From NCBI GenBank assembly GCA_023267375.1, contig JAHFNJ010000004.1, forward strand, positions 513 to 64,512: a DNA stretch of 64,000 bases, read 5' to 3'. This document shows positions 10,064-18,603 of this stretch, piece by piece (the first letter of the stretch is position 1; every line of letters starts with the position of its first letter). This stretch comes from Candidatus Nomurabacteria bacterium (GTDB taxonomy: Bacteria; Patescibacteriota; Minisyncoccia; Phycocordibacterales; UBA9973). Under the pieces are notes generated by a model. It did no database searches. It was not told where the DNA came from and worked only from the letters and a program-made list of their open reading frames with translations. Both the position numbers and the translations under genes were made by a program.

Positions 10064-11359
10064 ATGAAGTCGTCTTCAACATTTTTTTCGATACTACTTG
10101 GATTTTTCTTGATTCTTTCAGTAGTACTCATACCGGAAGTTAGCCAGGCGCTGACCGCACAGGAGTTGAAAGATAAGATTGCTGGACAAAACCAGCAAAT
10201 AGATGCCCTTGAAGAAGAAATTGCTTCCTATCAGAAACAGCTGGCAGGTATTGGTCAGCAAAAAGCAACGCTCTCGCAAAATCTTCAAGAATTGGATGTC
10301 ACCACCAAAAAACTACGCGCGCAACAAAAAGTAATCGAACAAAAAATTGCGATTAAAGATGAAGATCTTGGAAATTTGAGTGGACAAATTGACCAGAAAG
10401 GGCAAAATATCGTCACACACAAAGGCGCACTCGGTGAGTCTATTCGCTTTCTTGATCGAGCAGAAGCAGAACCGCTTATTGTTGGTATGCTTCGCAGCCA
10501 AAGTATTTCAGAAAGCTGGCAAGCAGTAGACCAACTTTCCTTTTTTGAAAAAAGTATAAAAGATAATATTGGACAACTTGCGACCGACAAGGACGAACTT
10601 GAAGATACAAAGACTGTTACCGAGAAAGCAAAAAAAGAACTTGTTGCGCTTAAAAACGATCTCTTAGATCAGAAAAAAATAGTTGATGGCACCGTTGCTG
10701 AAAAAAATAAACTATTGAAAGAGACAAAAAACCAAGAATCAAGCTACGCCACACTACTTGCGCAAAAAATTGCATTACGAGATTCCTTCGCTAAAGAAAT
10801 TGAGAGTTACGAATCACAACTTAAGTATGTGCTCGATCCAAAGTCGCTTCCGAAAGCAGGCTCAGCTCCCTTATCATGGCCGCTTGATACCATATATGTC
10901 ACACAGCTCTTCGGCAAAACATCCTCTTCCGGAAGGCTCTACGCCTCTGGGTCGCATAGTGGCGTAGACTTTCGTGCATCTGTCGGTACACCAGTTAGAG
11001 CTATGGCAGACGGGGTAATCGCAGGCACAGGGAACACTGATATTGTCTGCCGAGGTGCTTCGTGGGGCAATTTCGTCTTTATAAAGTATGATAATGGCCT
11101 CGCGAGCACATTTGGACACCTTTCACTTATAAAAGCCAAGAAGGGGCAGCGTGTCAGCCGAGGGGATGTGGTGGCGTATAGTGGCAATACAGGCTATTCC
11201 ACAGGCCCACACTTACATGTATCCGTTTACGCACGCGACGCTGTGGAGCTGACGACAAAACCATCGCTTACTTGTAAGGGTAAGATCCTGACTCAGCCGA
11301 TCGCTCCGACAAACACCTACCTTGACCCGATGCTTTACCTGCCAAAATACAACTCTTGA
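10064..11359 (+). CDS. Coiled-coil plus M23 peptidase (murein hydrolase/EnvC-like)
   Basis: Signal peptide, long coiled coil, HSGVD...STGPHLH M23 motifs. Confidence 0.88.
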   Translation: MKSSSTFFSILLGFFLILSVVLIPEVSQALTAQELKDKIAGQNQQIDALEEEIASYQKQLAGIGQQKATLSQNLQELDVTTKKLRAQQKVIEQKIAIKDEDLGNLSGQIDQKGQNIVTHKGALGESIRFLDRAEAEPLIVGMLRSQSISESWQAVDQLSFFEKSIKDNIGQLATDKDELEDTKTVTEKAKKELVALKNDLLDQKKIVDGTVAEKNKLLKETKNQESSYATLLAQKIALRDSFAKEIESYESQLKYVLDPKSLPKAGSAPLSWPLDTIYVTQLFGKTSSSGRLYASGSHSGVDFRASVGTPVRAMADGVIAGTGNTDIVCRGASWGNFVFIKYDNGLASTFGHLSLIKAKKGQRVSRGDVVAYSGNTGYSTGPHLHVSVYARDAVELTTKPSLTCKGKILTQPIAPTNTYLDPMLYLPKYNS

Positions 11360-11396
11360 TTATTATCAGATTAACGACTATTATCATCTCAACGAT

Positions 11397-12140
11397 ATGG
11401 CATACCTCGCCGCAATCATAAGCACACTCGCCATTAGCCTCATTTCTCTCGTGGGTGTTTTTTCCTTGTCTCTAAAAGAAGAATTTCTACGTAAATATAT
11501 TTTTTTATTCGTCAGTCTTGCTGTTGGAGCATTGTTGGGTGACGCATTCATCCATTTGATTCCTGAATCATTTGAAACGCTGCAGAACAATACAACTGCC
11601 AGCTTACTCATTATTGCTGGGATATTTCTTTTTTTTATTTTAGAAAAATTTCTCCACTGGCATCATCACAGTGATGACACTGTAGAAAATCACCCGCATC
11701 CAGTGGGGAAGCTTATTCTTTTTTCTGACGGGGTTCACAACTTCATAGACGGAATCGTGATCGGGGCGAGCTTCCTGATCAGTATTCCAATCGGTATTGC
11801 AACAACTGTTGCAGTCATACTGCATGAAATTCCACAGGAGATCGGTGATTTTGCAGTACTCTTACATGCTGGCTACACCAGGAAGAAAGCACTCTGGCTC
11901 AATTTTTTATCTGCCCTAACTGCAATTTTAGGTACTCTTGTTGCGTTTGTTCTTGGTGCTACGGGAGAAACTTTCACGACGTGGATTCTCCCCATTGCAG
12001 CAGGGGGTTTCATCTATATTGCCGTTGCGGACTTGATACCAGAATTACATAAAACAAAAGTAGTAAAACATTCATTGCTTCAATTCTTAGCTCTTGCAGT
12101 CGGAGTACTGCTAATGTTGGGTCTTCTCTTCTTGGAATAG
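11397..12140 (+). CDS. ZIP-family divalent metal (zinc) transporter
   Basis: HWHHH loop, SDGVHNFIDG, LHEIPQEIGDF; start moved to ATG 11397. Confidence 0.92.
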   Translation: MAYLAAIISTLAISLISLVGVFSLSLKEEFLRKYIFLFVSLAVGALLGDAFIHLIPESFETLQNNTTASLLIIAGIFLFFILEKFLHWHHHSDDTVENHPHPVGKLILFSDGVHNFIDGIVIGASFLISIPIGIATTVAVILHEIPQEIGDFAVLLHAGYTRKKALWLNFLSALTAILGTLVAFVLGATGETFTTWILPIAAGGFIYIAVADLIPELHKTKVVKHSLLQFLALAVGVLLMLGLLFLE

Positions 12141-12166
12141 CGCCCTCTATGCGCTACAATTTATCT

Positions 12167-12475
12167 ATGAATATAAAAGGGAAGCAAGGTGGCTTTATCA
12201 GGTTTGTTATCATGCTTGTTGTGGTACTGCTCATCTTGAGTTTTTTCGGTTTTGATCTCAAGGGTTTTATTGAGTCACCGACAGTACAGCACAATTTTGA
12301 GTATGTAAAAGAAAGTTCCGTGTATGTATGGAATTCGTATCTTTCTAAGCCGGTACTCCTTGTTTGGAATAGCTTTATTGTAAGTTTCCTTTATAAAGCT
12401 TTTAATGACGGACTCGAACGATTACGTGAAGGTAAAAGTCTTATCCCTGATAGTTTTACCGCACCTACATTTTAA
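12167..12475 (+). CDS. Hypothetical membrane protein with pilin-like N-terminus
   Basis: KQGG|FIRFVIMLVVVLLIL resembles a class III signal but lacks E5; -10 box TACAAT lies 6 nt upstream. Confidence 0.65.
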   Translation: MNIKGKQGGFIRFVIMLVVVLLILSFFGFDLKGFIESPTVQHNFEYVKESSVYVWNSYLSKPVLLVWNSFIVSFLYKAFNDGLERLREGKSLIPDSFTAPTF

Positions 12476-12520
12476 ATAGAAAAATAAAAGAGGCGGTGAG
12501 GCCTCTTTTTTTTACTGTGT

Positions 12521-12844
12521 TTAGATTTCGCGAAGAATGCGCAATTGGTCTACCACTCGAGATTGTTTGTAACTGTAAATAGGAAGCACCTCTACGTGGT
12601 AAAGTTTACCTTCTTTAATGGAATAGCCATATGTTGCAGGTGGCATACAAACTATGAATAGTGAAGATTTTTTGTATCCTTTTCTATTTTTGCGCAACGG
12701 GGCAAGTGAGATTAGCAAAAGATCGTTCCATTCATTCGTTTGGGTGAAGTTTTCGAGCGCCTTATAAAAGACACCTACGCGCGGAATTCTTGGGACAATA
12801 ACCATTGCACCAAGTGATGGGGAAGTGAGTTTAGGTACTTTCAT
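12521..12844 (-). CDS. Hypothetical protein
   Basis: 107-aa ORF filling the gap, with an AT-rich leader and a convergent terminator at ~12487-12513. Confidence 0.55.
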   Translation of the reverse strand: MKVPKLTSPSLGAMVIVPRIPRVGVFYKALENFTQTNEWNDLLLISLAPLRKNRKGYKKSSLFIVCMPPATYGYSIKEGKLYHVEVLPIYSYKQSRVVDQLRILREI

Positions 12845-13044
12845 AAGATAAGCATTTTAATTTAATGAATTTTTCTTAAATTACCATATATACCCAAAAA
12901 GTCCATCTACCACGATTACCTGTACACACCCATAGCTTCTCCTAGGGGGAATATGGTATAATAGGGGCCGGTATAGTTATAAGCAATTATTATTTAATTA
13001 CACGGTCAACTAGAGCTTCCGCAATAGTAGACCAAAGAAATTGT

Positions 13045-13302
13045 ATGGCAGAAAAAAAAGTATCCGCGTTTATGAAGCCAATGAAGTTGACTGCTGAGCT
13101 AGAAGCAGTGGTAGGAAAAGGACCAATGCCTCGTTCTGAAGTCGTCAAAGGACTTTGGGTATACATCAAGAAGAACAATCTTCAAGACCCAAAGAATAAG
13201 CGCAACATCAATGCTGATGACAAACTAAAAGTAGTATTTGGTGGTAAGGCTGTCGTCAACATGTTCGAAATGACGAAACTTGTTTCCAAGCACCTTTCCT
13301 AA
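13045..13302 (+). CDS. Stand-alone SWIB/MDM2-domain protein
   Basis: PRSEVVKGLWVYIKKNNLQDPKNKRNINADDKL...MFEMTKLVSKHL is the SWIB signature. Confidence 0.93.
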   Translation: MAEKKVSAFMKPMKLTAELEAVVGKGPMPRSEVVKGLWVYIKKNNLQDPKNKRNINADDKLKVVFGGKAVVNMFEMTKLVSKHLS

Positions 13303-13303
13303 T

Positions 13304-13417
13304 ATGGCAAAAAGAGCAAACCAAGGAATCAAGAACAAAAAATCTCGATCTCCAAAGACAAAGAAACGACTCGAAATCAAGCGTGCACGCATGATGAGTC
13401 ACAAGAAGAGACAATAA
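13304..13417 (+). CDS. Small highly basic protein, 37 aa (MAKRANQGIKNKKSRSPKTKKRLEIKRARMMSHKKRQ)
   Basis: Translated by hand. ATG is 1 nt after the SWIB stop; a terminator follows at ~13438-13470. Confidence 0.6.
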   Translation: MAKRANQGIKNKKSRSPKTKKRLEIKRARMMSHKKRQ

Positions 13418-13508
13418 GACTTATATTTTTCTTCATTAAAAAAGGCAGCCTTTACCGGTATGCCTTTTTTAATTCTCGGTCTCTTATTTTTTTGCTATAC
13501 TGTACTCC

Positions 13509-13961
13509 ATGAATTTAAAAATGGAGAATTTACTGAAAAGCGGGCGTCTGCATAAACGACTCGTGGTGCGTCTCACAATGTTTGTTATCATTCTTTTTAC
13601 TATCGGTGGAGTACTAGCGTATGATATTCTCTTTCGCGAACTCATGTGGATGCCAGTTGTCGGATTCGCCTCATTTGGTTTTATTTTAGGTTTCTTTTTG
13701 TTCCGACATATCACCAAGATTACCTGGGATGAAGAGAAGGAAGTCGTTTCTATTGGAAAATTCGATATTGCCAGTTTCGTAATTCTGCTCATTTACGTCG
13801 GATACCGGCTTTTAGTAAAACTCTTCTTAGAGAGCCATTTTACGAGCGCTATTGCCATCTCAGGCTTCAGTCTAGCGATACTCTTCGGCGGTATGGCGGG
13901 ACGATTGGTCGGTACACGACATGCGATCAAGCGGACGCATGAAGAAAATGCAAACCAGTAA
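13509..13961 (+). CDS. Hypothetical membrane protein (about 4 TM)
   Basis: Hydrophobic segments; TGCTATACT lies 7 nt before the ATG. Confidence 0.7.
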   Translation: MNLKMENLLKSGRLHKRLVVRLTMFVIILFTIGGVLAYDILFRELMWMPVVGFASFGFILGFFLFRHITKITWDEEKEVVSIGKFDIASFVILLIYVGYRLLVKLFLESHFTSAIAISGFSLAILFGGMAGRLVGTRHAIKRTHEENANQ

Positions 13962-14006
13962 AAGATAGTTGGGATATATTATTAGTAAATAACCATTTTT
14001 CACACT

Positions 14007-14072
14007 ATGGCAAAAGGAAATGATTCTCGAAGAAAAGAGAAGAAGAAACCAAAAAAGGAAAAGGCAAAATAG
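14007..14072 (+). CDS. Small lysine-rich peptide, 21 aa (MAKGNDSRRKEKKKPKKEKAK)
   Basis: Translated by hand; sits alone between an intergenic leader and a terminator. Confidence 0.5.
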   Translation: MAKGNDSRRKEKKKPKKEKAK

Positions 14073-14086
14073 TCTTCTTCTGTAGA

Positions 14087-14115
14087 AAAAAACCGCTCAT
14101 TACGAGCGGTTTTTT
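14087..14115. terminator. Bidirectional intrinsic terminator
   Basis: AAAAAACCGCTC-ATTAC-GAGCGGTTTTTT between convergent ORFs. Confidence 0.8.
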
Positions 14116-14517
14116 CTATGCGACAACTTGTGTGCAGTGAGCACAACGTTTGGCTTCTATTGGAATCTCGCTCAAACATTCTGTACATTTTTTAGTAGTC
14201 GGGTCAGCTGGCGGACCTTTACGAGAGCGCGCAACGAGCAGATTCATCGGCTTCACAATGAAGAAGAAAATTGCAGCCGAAACCAAGATAAATGATATGA
14301 TTGCATTGATCAGATCGCCGTACATGAACTGACTGCCGTTTATGGTGAATGAAAGACCGGCAAAGTCTGGGAGTTTTGCAATAGCAGAGATGAGTGGAGT
14401 GAGAAAATCTTTCACCAGAGCAGTGACCACCGTTCCAAACGCAGCACCGACCACCACACCGACCGCCAGATCAACAACATTGCCACGTAGTAAAAATTGT
14501 TTGAATTCTTTAAGCAT
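14116..14517 (-). CDS. mscL: Large-conductance mechanosensitive channel with C-terminal CxxC..CxxC
   Basis: EFKQFLLRGNVVDLAVGVVVGAAF. Confidence 0.95.
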   Translation of the reverse strand: MLKEFKQFLLRGNVVDLAVGVVVGAAFGTVVTALVKDFLTPLISAIAKLPDFAGLSFTINGSQFMYGDLINAIISFILVSAAIFFFIVKPMNLLVARSRKGPPADPTTKKCTECLSEIPIEAKRCAHCTQVVA

Positions 14518-14538
14518 GATAATTAGAAATTACTAATA

Positions 14539-14955
14539 ATGATATTTTCATGGTATCGCAAAAAGAAGAAAAAGTATACAAGAAAACGCACCTCAAACAG
14601 TGTCGCCCGTATACAAGCACGACTATTCATTCATGAACGCCTCACATACTGGAATCAATTCTATAACTTTTCCTATAAACGGGTGTTCATCAAAAACCAG
14701 AAAACGCGGTGGGGGAGTTGCTCGAAGAATGGCAATCTGAACTTCAATTATAAAATCATCTACTTACCACCGCATCTCGCCGACTACATTATCGTCCATG
14801 AATTATGCCATCTCGGAGAATTCAATCATTCAAAGCGTTTTTGGAATCTCGTTGAAAAAACTATTCCTGAATATGCTCGTTGTAAAAATGAGCTCCGAAC
14901 CATCTCGCAGAACGGTTTCCACCAGCAACTTTTCCGTAGTACAATAAAAGTATGA
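14539..14955 (+). CDS. YgjP/DUF45 family zinc metalloprotein
   Basis: KTRWGSCS...YIIVHELCHL..NHSKRFW. Confidence 0.88.
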   Translation: MIFSWYRKKKKKYTRKRTSNSVARIQARLFIHERLTYWNQFYNFSYKRVFIKNQKTRWGSCSKNGNLNFNYKIIYLPPHLADYIIVHELCHLGEFNHSKRFWNLVEKTIPEYARCKNELRTISQNGFHQQLFRSTIKV

Positions 14956-15701
14956 GCAGACTTTCACGACAAGGAAAAATAGTAGTCTGGGGAATCATTC
15001 TAATCTTCCTCGCTATTTTTATCATGCGTTTTTATGCGAACACCCCCGTTCAAGAGATTGTAGTGGAACCCATAGCTTTTGTTGCTACGCCAGGAACATA
15101 CTGTTTCTCGCGTAATCAAATTGCAACACCTGATGAGCCTTATAGCGCCGAAGAACATATTGTCCTCCATATTGCGGATGATAAAACTGTTTCAGGAACA
15201 AAGACCGGGAATCAAGCTGGTCCTGATATGACCAATGGCTATACGGGGACACTCTCAGGCGCACTTACTGACAATACAATGGAACTTACCTATGCCTACA
15301 CAGTTGAAGGTTCTTCCGCAAAAGAGCTTGAAGTGTACGTCATGGATACCAGTACGCTTACCAAGAAACGCTGGGTGCTCGTTGAGCAAGACAAGGTGCT
15401 CGTACCAGATAGAGTTGGTGATCCAAAGCTTATTGTCTATACCAAAGAAAATTGTCCTGACGCAACAAACACAACGACAGACCAAGCACTTGTTGAGCAA
15501 TATATTCGAGCGAATATCAAAACACTCGCGCCAGAAGAACCAATCCTTGGCGGAAATTGGTACGTGATCAGCGTCACTACTGATATGGCAACAAAGAGCG
15601 GTACGATGGTTTATGAAGATGGGCATATTCAAGGCAAAGCAACTTTCAAATACACGGTAAGCGGCGGAGCGGTTACTGTCAGTGATATCAAAAAACAATA
15701 G
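14952..15701 (+). CDS. Hypothetical membrane-anchored surface protein
   Basis: N-terminal TM, Thr-rich beta-type extracellular region ending in a YEDGH motif. Confidence 0.7.
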   Translation: MSRLSRQGKIVVWGIILIFLAIFIMRFYANTPVQEIVVEPIAFVATPGTYCFSRNQIATPDEPYSAEEHIVLHIADDKTVSGTKTGNQAGPDMTNGYTGTLSGALTDNTMELTYAYTVEGSSAKELEVYVMDTSTLTKKRWVLVEQDKVLVPDRVGDPKLIVYTKENCPDATNTTTDQALVEQYIRANIKTLAPEEPILGGNWYVISVTTDMATKSGTMVYEDGHIQGKATFKYTVSGGAVTVSDIKKQ

Positions 15702-15741
15702 TAGAAAAATTTTTCAGAAAAGGGGAGTCTGCTCTGTTTCT

Positions 15742-15770
15742 TTGACATTGTCGGCAATGTCACGTACACT
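15742..15770 (+). promoter_or_regulatory. Sigma70 promoter of the cold-shock gene with overlapping palindrome
   Basis: TTGACA-17 nt-TACACT; TGACATTG-tcgg-CAATGTCA inverted repeat at 15743-15762. Confidence 0.75.
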
Positions 15771-15835
15771 TAGTGCCTTAGTTAGAAAGCAGCACAAAAG
15801 TCGGGTTTCTCACGCGTAAAAAATATAACAATCAT

Positions 15836-16039
15836 ATGAACACAGGAACAATCAAAACACTCATTTCAGATAAGGGATTCGGATTTATCTCTCGCGAAGG
15901 CGAGGCGAAAGATCTTTTCTTTCATTCAAAAGAGTTGAAAGGTGTAATGTTTGATGAACTCAAAGTTGGCGATACTGTCACTTTCGAGATCACTCAAGGC
16001 GACAAAGGCCCAGCAGCTACGAACGTATCACGCGCGTAA
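15836..16039 (+). CDS. Cold-shock protein (CspA family)
   Basis: KGFGFI (RNP1), DLFFH (RNP2), KGPAATNV. Confidence 0.95.
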   Translation: MNTGTIKTLISDKGFGFISREGEAKDLFFHSKELKGVMFDELKVGDTVTFEITQGDKGPAATNVSRA

Positions 16040-16054
16040 GCTACTGACATCAGA

Positions 16055-16090
16055 AAAAAGCCGCTTAGATGTAAATCTAAGCGGCTTTTT
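16055..16090 (+). terminator. Intrinsic terminator
   Basis: AAAAAGCCGCTTAGAT-GTAA-ATCTAAGCGGCTTTTT. Confidence 0.85.
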
Positions 16091-16182
16091 CTATGCCGTG
16101 TAAAAAATTGACAAATTTACGTTATTTATGTTACTTTGATAAAAATTCAAACTAAATTCAAACTAAAAAAGAATAACCAAAA

Positions 16183-16599
16183 ATGGCTACACCAAAAACT
16201 ATTCCCCTCGGTAAGGAAATAAGTTTCCTTCTCCTTGGCAGTGAACTTTCAAATACCTATGTCGGAGAAAAAGGTAAAAGGGTAAGTCTTAGTGATAAAC
16301 TAAAAGAATTTCTCGCAAAAAATCACTTTCGTGCATTGTTTAATGCAGACGGTGCTACCACCACATTCTCTATTTTTATAAACAGAGTTGGTGGTAAGAA
16401 CGTAAGCGGACGCGAGATGAAATTTTACCTACGCTTGAACGAGTTTAAGGTTTTTATTCTTGAAGAAGACGTGAAAGTTGAGAAGAAAAAGATCACACTT
16501 CTTTATAAAAAACTTGCCTGGATAGCTAAAAAAATTAACATGGTGTATGTCCCCGTCACCTATGGAGGCAGCACATTCTTCTTGAAAGCAGACGAGTAG
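16183..16599 (+). CDS. Hypothetical basic protein
   Basis: 138-aa ORF with own TTGACA (16108) and a terminator at 16626-16659. Confidence 0.6.
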   Translation: MATPKTIPLGKEISFLLLGSELSNTYVGEKGKRVSLSDKLKEFLAKNHFRALFNADGATTTFSIFINRVGGKNVSGREMKFYLRLNEFKVFILEEDVKVEKKKITLLYKKLAWIAKKINMVYVPVTYGGSTFFLKADE

Positions 16600-16700
16600 G
16601 GTAGGGAGTTCACAAAAAAACCTGAAGGCGTTATCAAATAAATCAGATAACGCCTTTTTGTATACGTTTATATATTAGCAGGCTCGGCTCCTCCAAGCGA

Positions 16701-16794
16701 AATATTGCCGTTTTAAAAATATTGCGGAAGCTGACGAGCTGAGCATAGCAATCCGCCAACAGGCGGATATGCGTGTTTTTAAAACGGCAATATT
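16701..16794. repeat. MITE/REP-like palindromic element
   Basis: Perfect 19-bp inverted repeats (16701-16719, 16776-16794), internal ATCCGCC-aaca-GGCGGAT hairpin, flanking AGCGA direct repeats (16696-16700, 16796-16800). Confidence 0.65.
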
Positions 16795-16803
16795 GAGCGA
16801 CAT

Positions 16804-16832
16804 TTGACAAAATAGGGGATATAAGATACTAT
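16804..16832 (+). promoter_or_regulatory. Sigma70 promoter upstream of the DEAD-box helicase leader
   Basis: TTGACA-17 nt-TACTAT. Confidence 0.75.
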
Positions 16833-16838
16833 ATCAGG

Positions 16839-17198
16839 GTAAGTCACATCTCATCAGTTTTTGTTTTTGAGCCTTATGGCATCAGAAATATAGGGGCGAT
16901 TAATCCTTATTAGAAAACTCATGGATTAAGTCGCGCCTTACATCAGAATTCATCACAAAAATAACCGTATAAAAACCCGGACACTTGGCAGTCGAAGAGG
17001 TTGAAATTTCGGTCTAAAAATGATTTTCGTCGGTCAACGATGCACCACATCGTTTCCATCCTCATCCTCATTTTTTGCCTCGAAATTTCAACCTCCCGCC
17101 AAGCCATTATTTTTGAGATGAATTCTCGCTTATTAAAGAAGAAACAGCGGAAAGAAATTCCACTCTGATTCTTCATAACTGCGACTAAAGAAAAATAA
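16839..17198 (+). ncRNA. Long structured 5' leader (candidate cis-regulatory RNA) of the DEAD-box helicase
   Basis: Nested helices: 16945-16964/17107-17126 (19 of 20 bp), 16997-17011/17081-17095 (15 of 15), 17016-17023/17068-17075, 17036-17042/17048-17054. Confidence 0.6.
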
Positions 17199-18404
17199 AT
17201 GTATCAAAAACATTCTGGAAGCAATTCCAAGGGGCGTCCGTCGTACGGTCGTCCAGTTCGCAACCATGGCGGCGGTAACCGCGGTCGTGGCTTCAAGGGA
17301 CAACATATCGATGTCTCAAAATTTATCAACAAAGCCGTCATCACTGAAAAGATGCCGCATTTTATACCTGAGCACGCATTCAAAGATTTCATTATCGATG
17401 AGCGTTTAAAGGCTAATATCATCAAGAAAGGCTACGTTACGCCAACTCCGATTCAGGATCGAGCGATTCCGTACGCACTCAAAGGTGCTGATATTGTCGG
17501 CATTGCAAACACTGGTACTGGTAAAACAGCAGCGTTTCTTATTCCGCTTATCGACAAAGTATTGAAAGGCCCGAAAGAATCGGTGCTGATCGTCGTACCA
17601 ACTCGTGAACTCGCAACGCAAATCGAAGATGAACTTCGCGGATTTGCCGGGGGACTCAAACTCTTCGGCGTGACCTGTGTCGGTGGTGAAAATATCGGTA
17701 AACAAATCCGTGATCTCCGCTACCATAACCACTTCGTATTAGGCACCCCAGGACGCCTCAAAGACCTTATAGAGCGCAAGGCGCTTGATTTGTCGCAATT
17801 CCGTACAATCGTGCTCGATGAAGCTGATCGCATGCTTGATATGGGATTTATCGCTGACATGAAATTCATGATGGCAAAAATGCCAAAAGAACGTCAGACA
17901 CTTTTCTTTTCTGCAACAATGTCACGCGAGATCGAAGCGCTCATTAAAGATTTCTTGAACGAACCAATTTCAATTTCAGTAAAAACTGGCGACACCGCAA
18001 AAAGTGTTGAACAAGATGTTGTTCGTATCGCAAAAGGAAAAACAAAAATTGAAGTACTCCATGATCTATTAACTGAGGCTGACTTCAAAAAAGTACTTGT
18101 CTTCGGCCGAACAAAACACGGTGTTGAGAAGCTTTCGAAAGAATTAACGACTCGTGGCTTCAAATCTGAGTCAATCCATGGCAATAAGAACCAATCAAAG
18201 CGCCAAAAAGCCCTCGATATGTTCAAAAGCAACAAATTGCAGGTATTGGTCGCAACAGACGTTGCTGCCCGTGGAATCGACGTAAACGACGTCTCACATG
18301 TCATTAACTTCGACGTTCCAGCCACATACGAGGATTACGTACACCGAATCGGCCGAACCGGCCGCGGTGGCAAGAAAGGGAAAGCGTTGACCTTTGTTGA
18401 GTAA
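17199..18404 (+). CDS. DEAD-box RNA helicase (RhlE/CshA-like)
   Basis: PTPIQ, ANTGTGKT, PTRELA, DEAD, SAT, ARGID and HRIGRTGR motifs. Confidence 0.95.
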   Translation: MYQKHSGSNSKGRPSYGRPVRNHGGGNRGRGFKGQHIDVSKFINKAVITEKMPHFIPEHAFKDFIIDERLKANIIKKGYVTPTPIQDRAIPYALKGADIVGIANTGTGKTAAFLIPLIDKVLKGPKESVLIVVPTRELATQIEDELRGFAGGLKLFGVTCVGGENIGKQIRDLRYHNHFVLGTPGRLKDLIERKALDLSQFRTIVLDEADRMLDMGFIADMKFMMAKMPKERQTLFFSATMSREIEALIKDFLNEPISISVKTGDTAKSVEQDVVRIAKGKTKIEVLHDLLTEADFKKVLVFGRTKHGVEKLSKELTTRGFKSESIHGNKNQSKRQKALDMFKSNKLQVLVATDVAARGIDVNDVSHVINFDVPATYEDYVHRIGRTGRGGKKGKALTFVE

Positions 18405-18512
18405 TTAAAAAAATAAATTGCACACAACAGGGAAGCCACGTTCACGCGTGGCTTTTTTGTTGAATGAAAATATATAAAGGTTTATTTAGTAAGAGGAAAA
18501 AACTCCTATGCT

Positions 18513-18540
18513 ATGTCGCAAAAGATATATTGTGCGACAT
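18513..18540. other. Putative dif (Xer recombination) site at the replication terminus
   Basis: ATGTCGCAAAA-GATATA-TTGTGCGACAT, an 11-6-11 layout like E. coli dif (GGTGCGCATAA-TGTATA-TTATGTTAAAT). Intergenic, exactly at the + to - gene orientation switch. Confidence 0.65.
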
Positions 18541-18603
18541 ATATCCTAGAGAGAAGAAGGGCCTCGAAAGACCCTCCCTCTTGCCAAAAATGGCTCTTTG
18601 TTG

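Noticed and set aside
11357-11387. Fur/Zur-like operator upstream of the ZIP transporter (TATTATCA twice)
   Set aside because: Only half-site similarity, and it could equally be the -10 box. Too weak to call without a regulator or comparative data.
16943-17176. 77-aa minus-strand ORF
   Set aside because: It lies antisense across the base-paired helicase leader and has no recognisable features.
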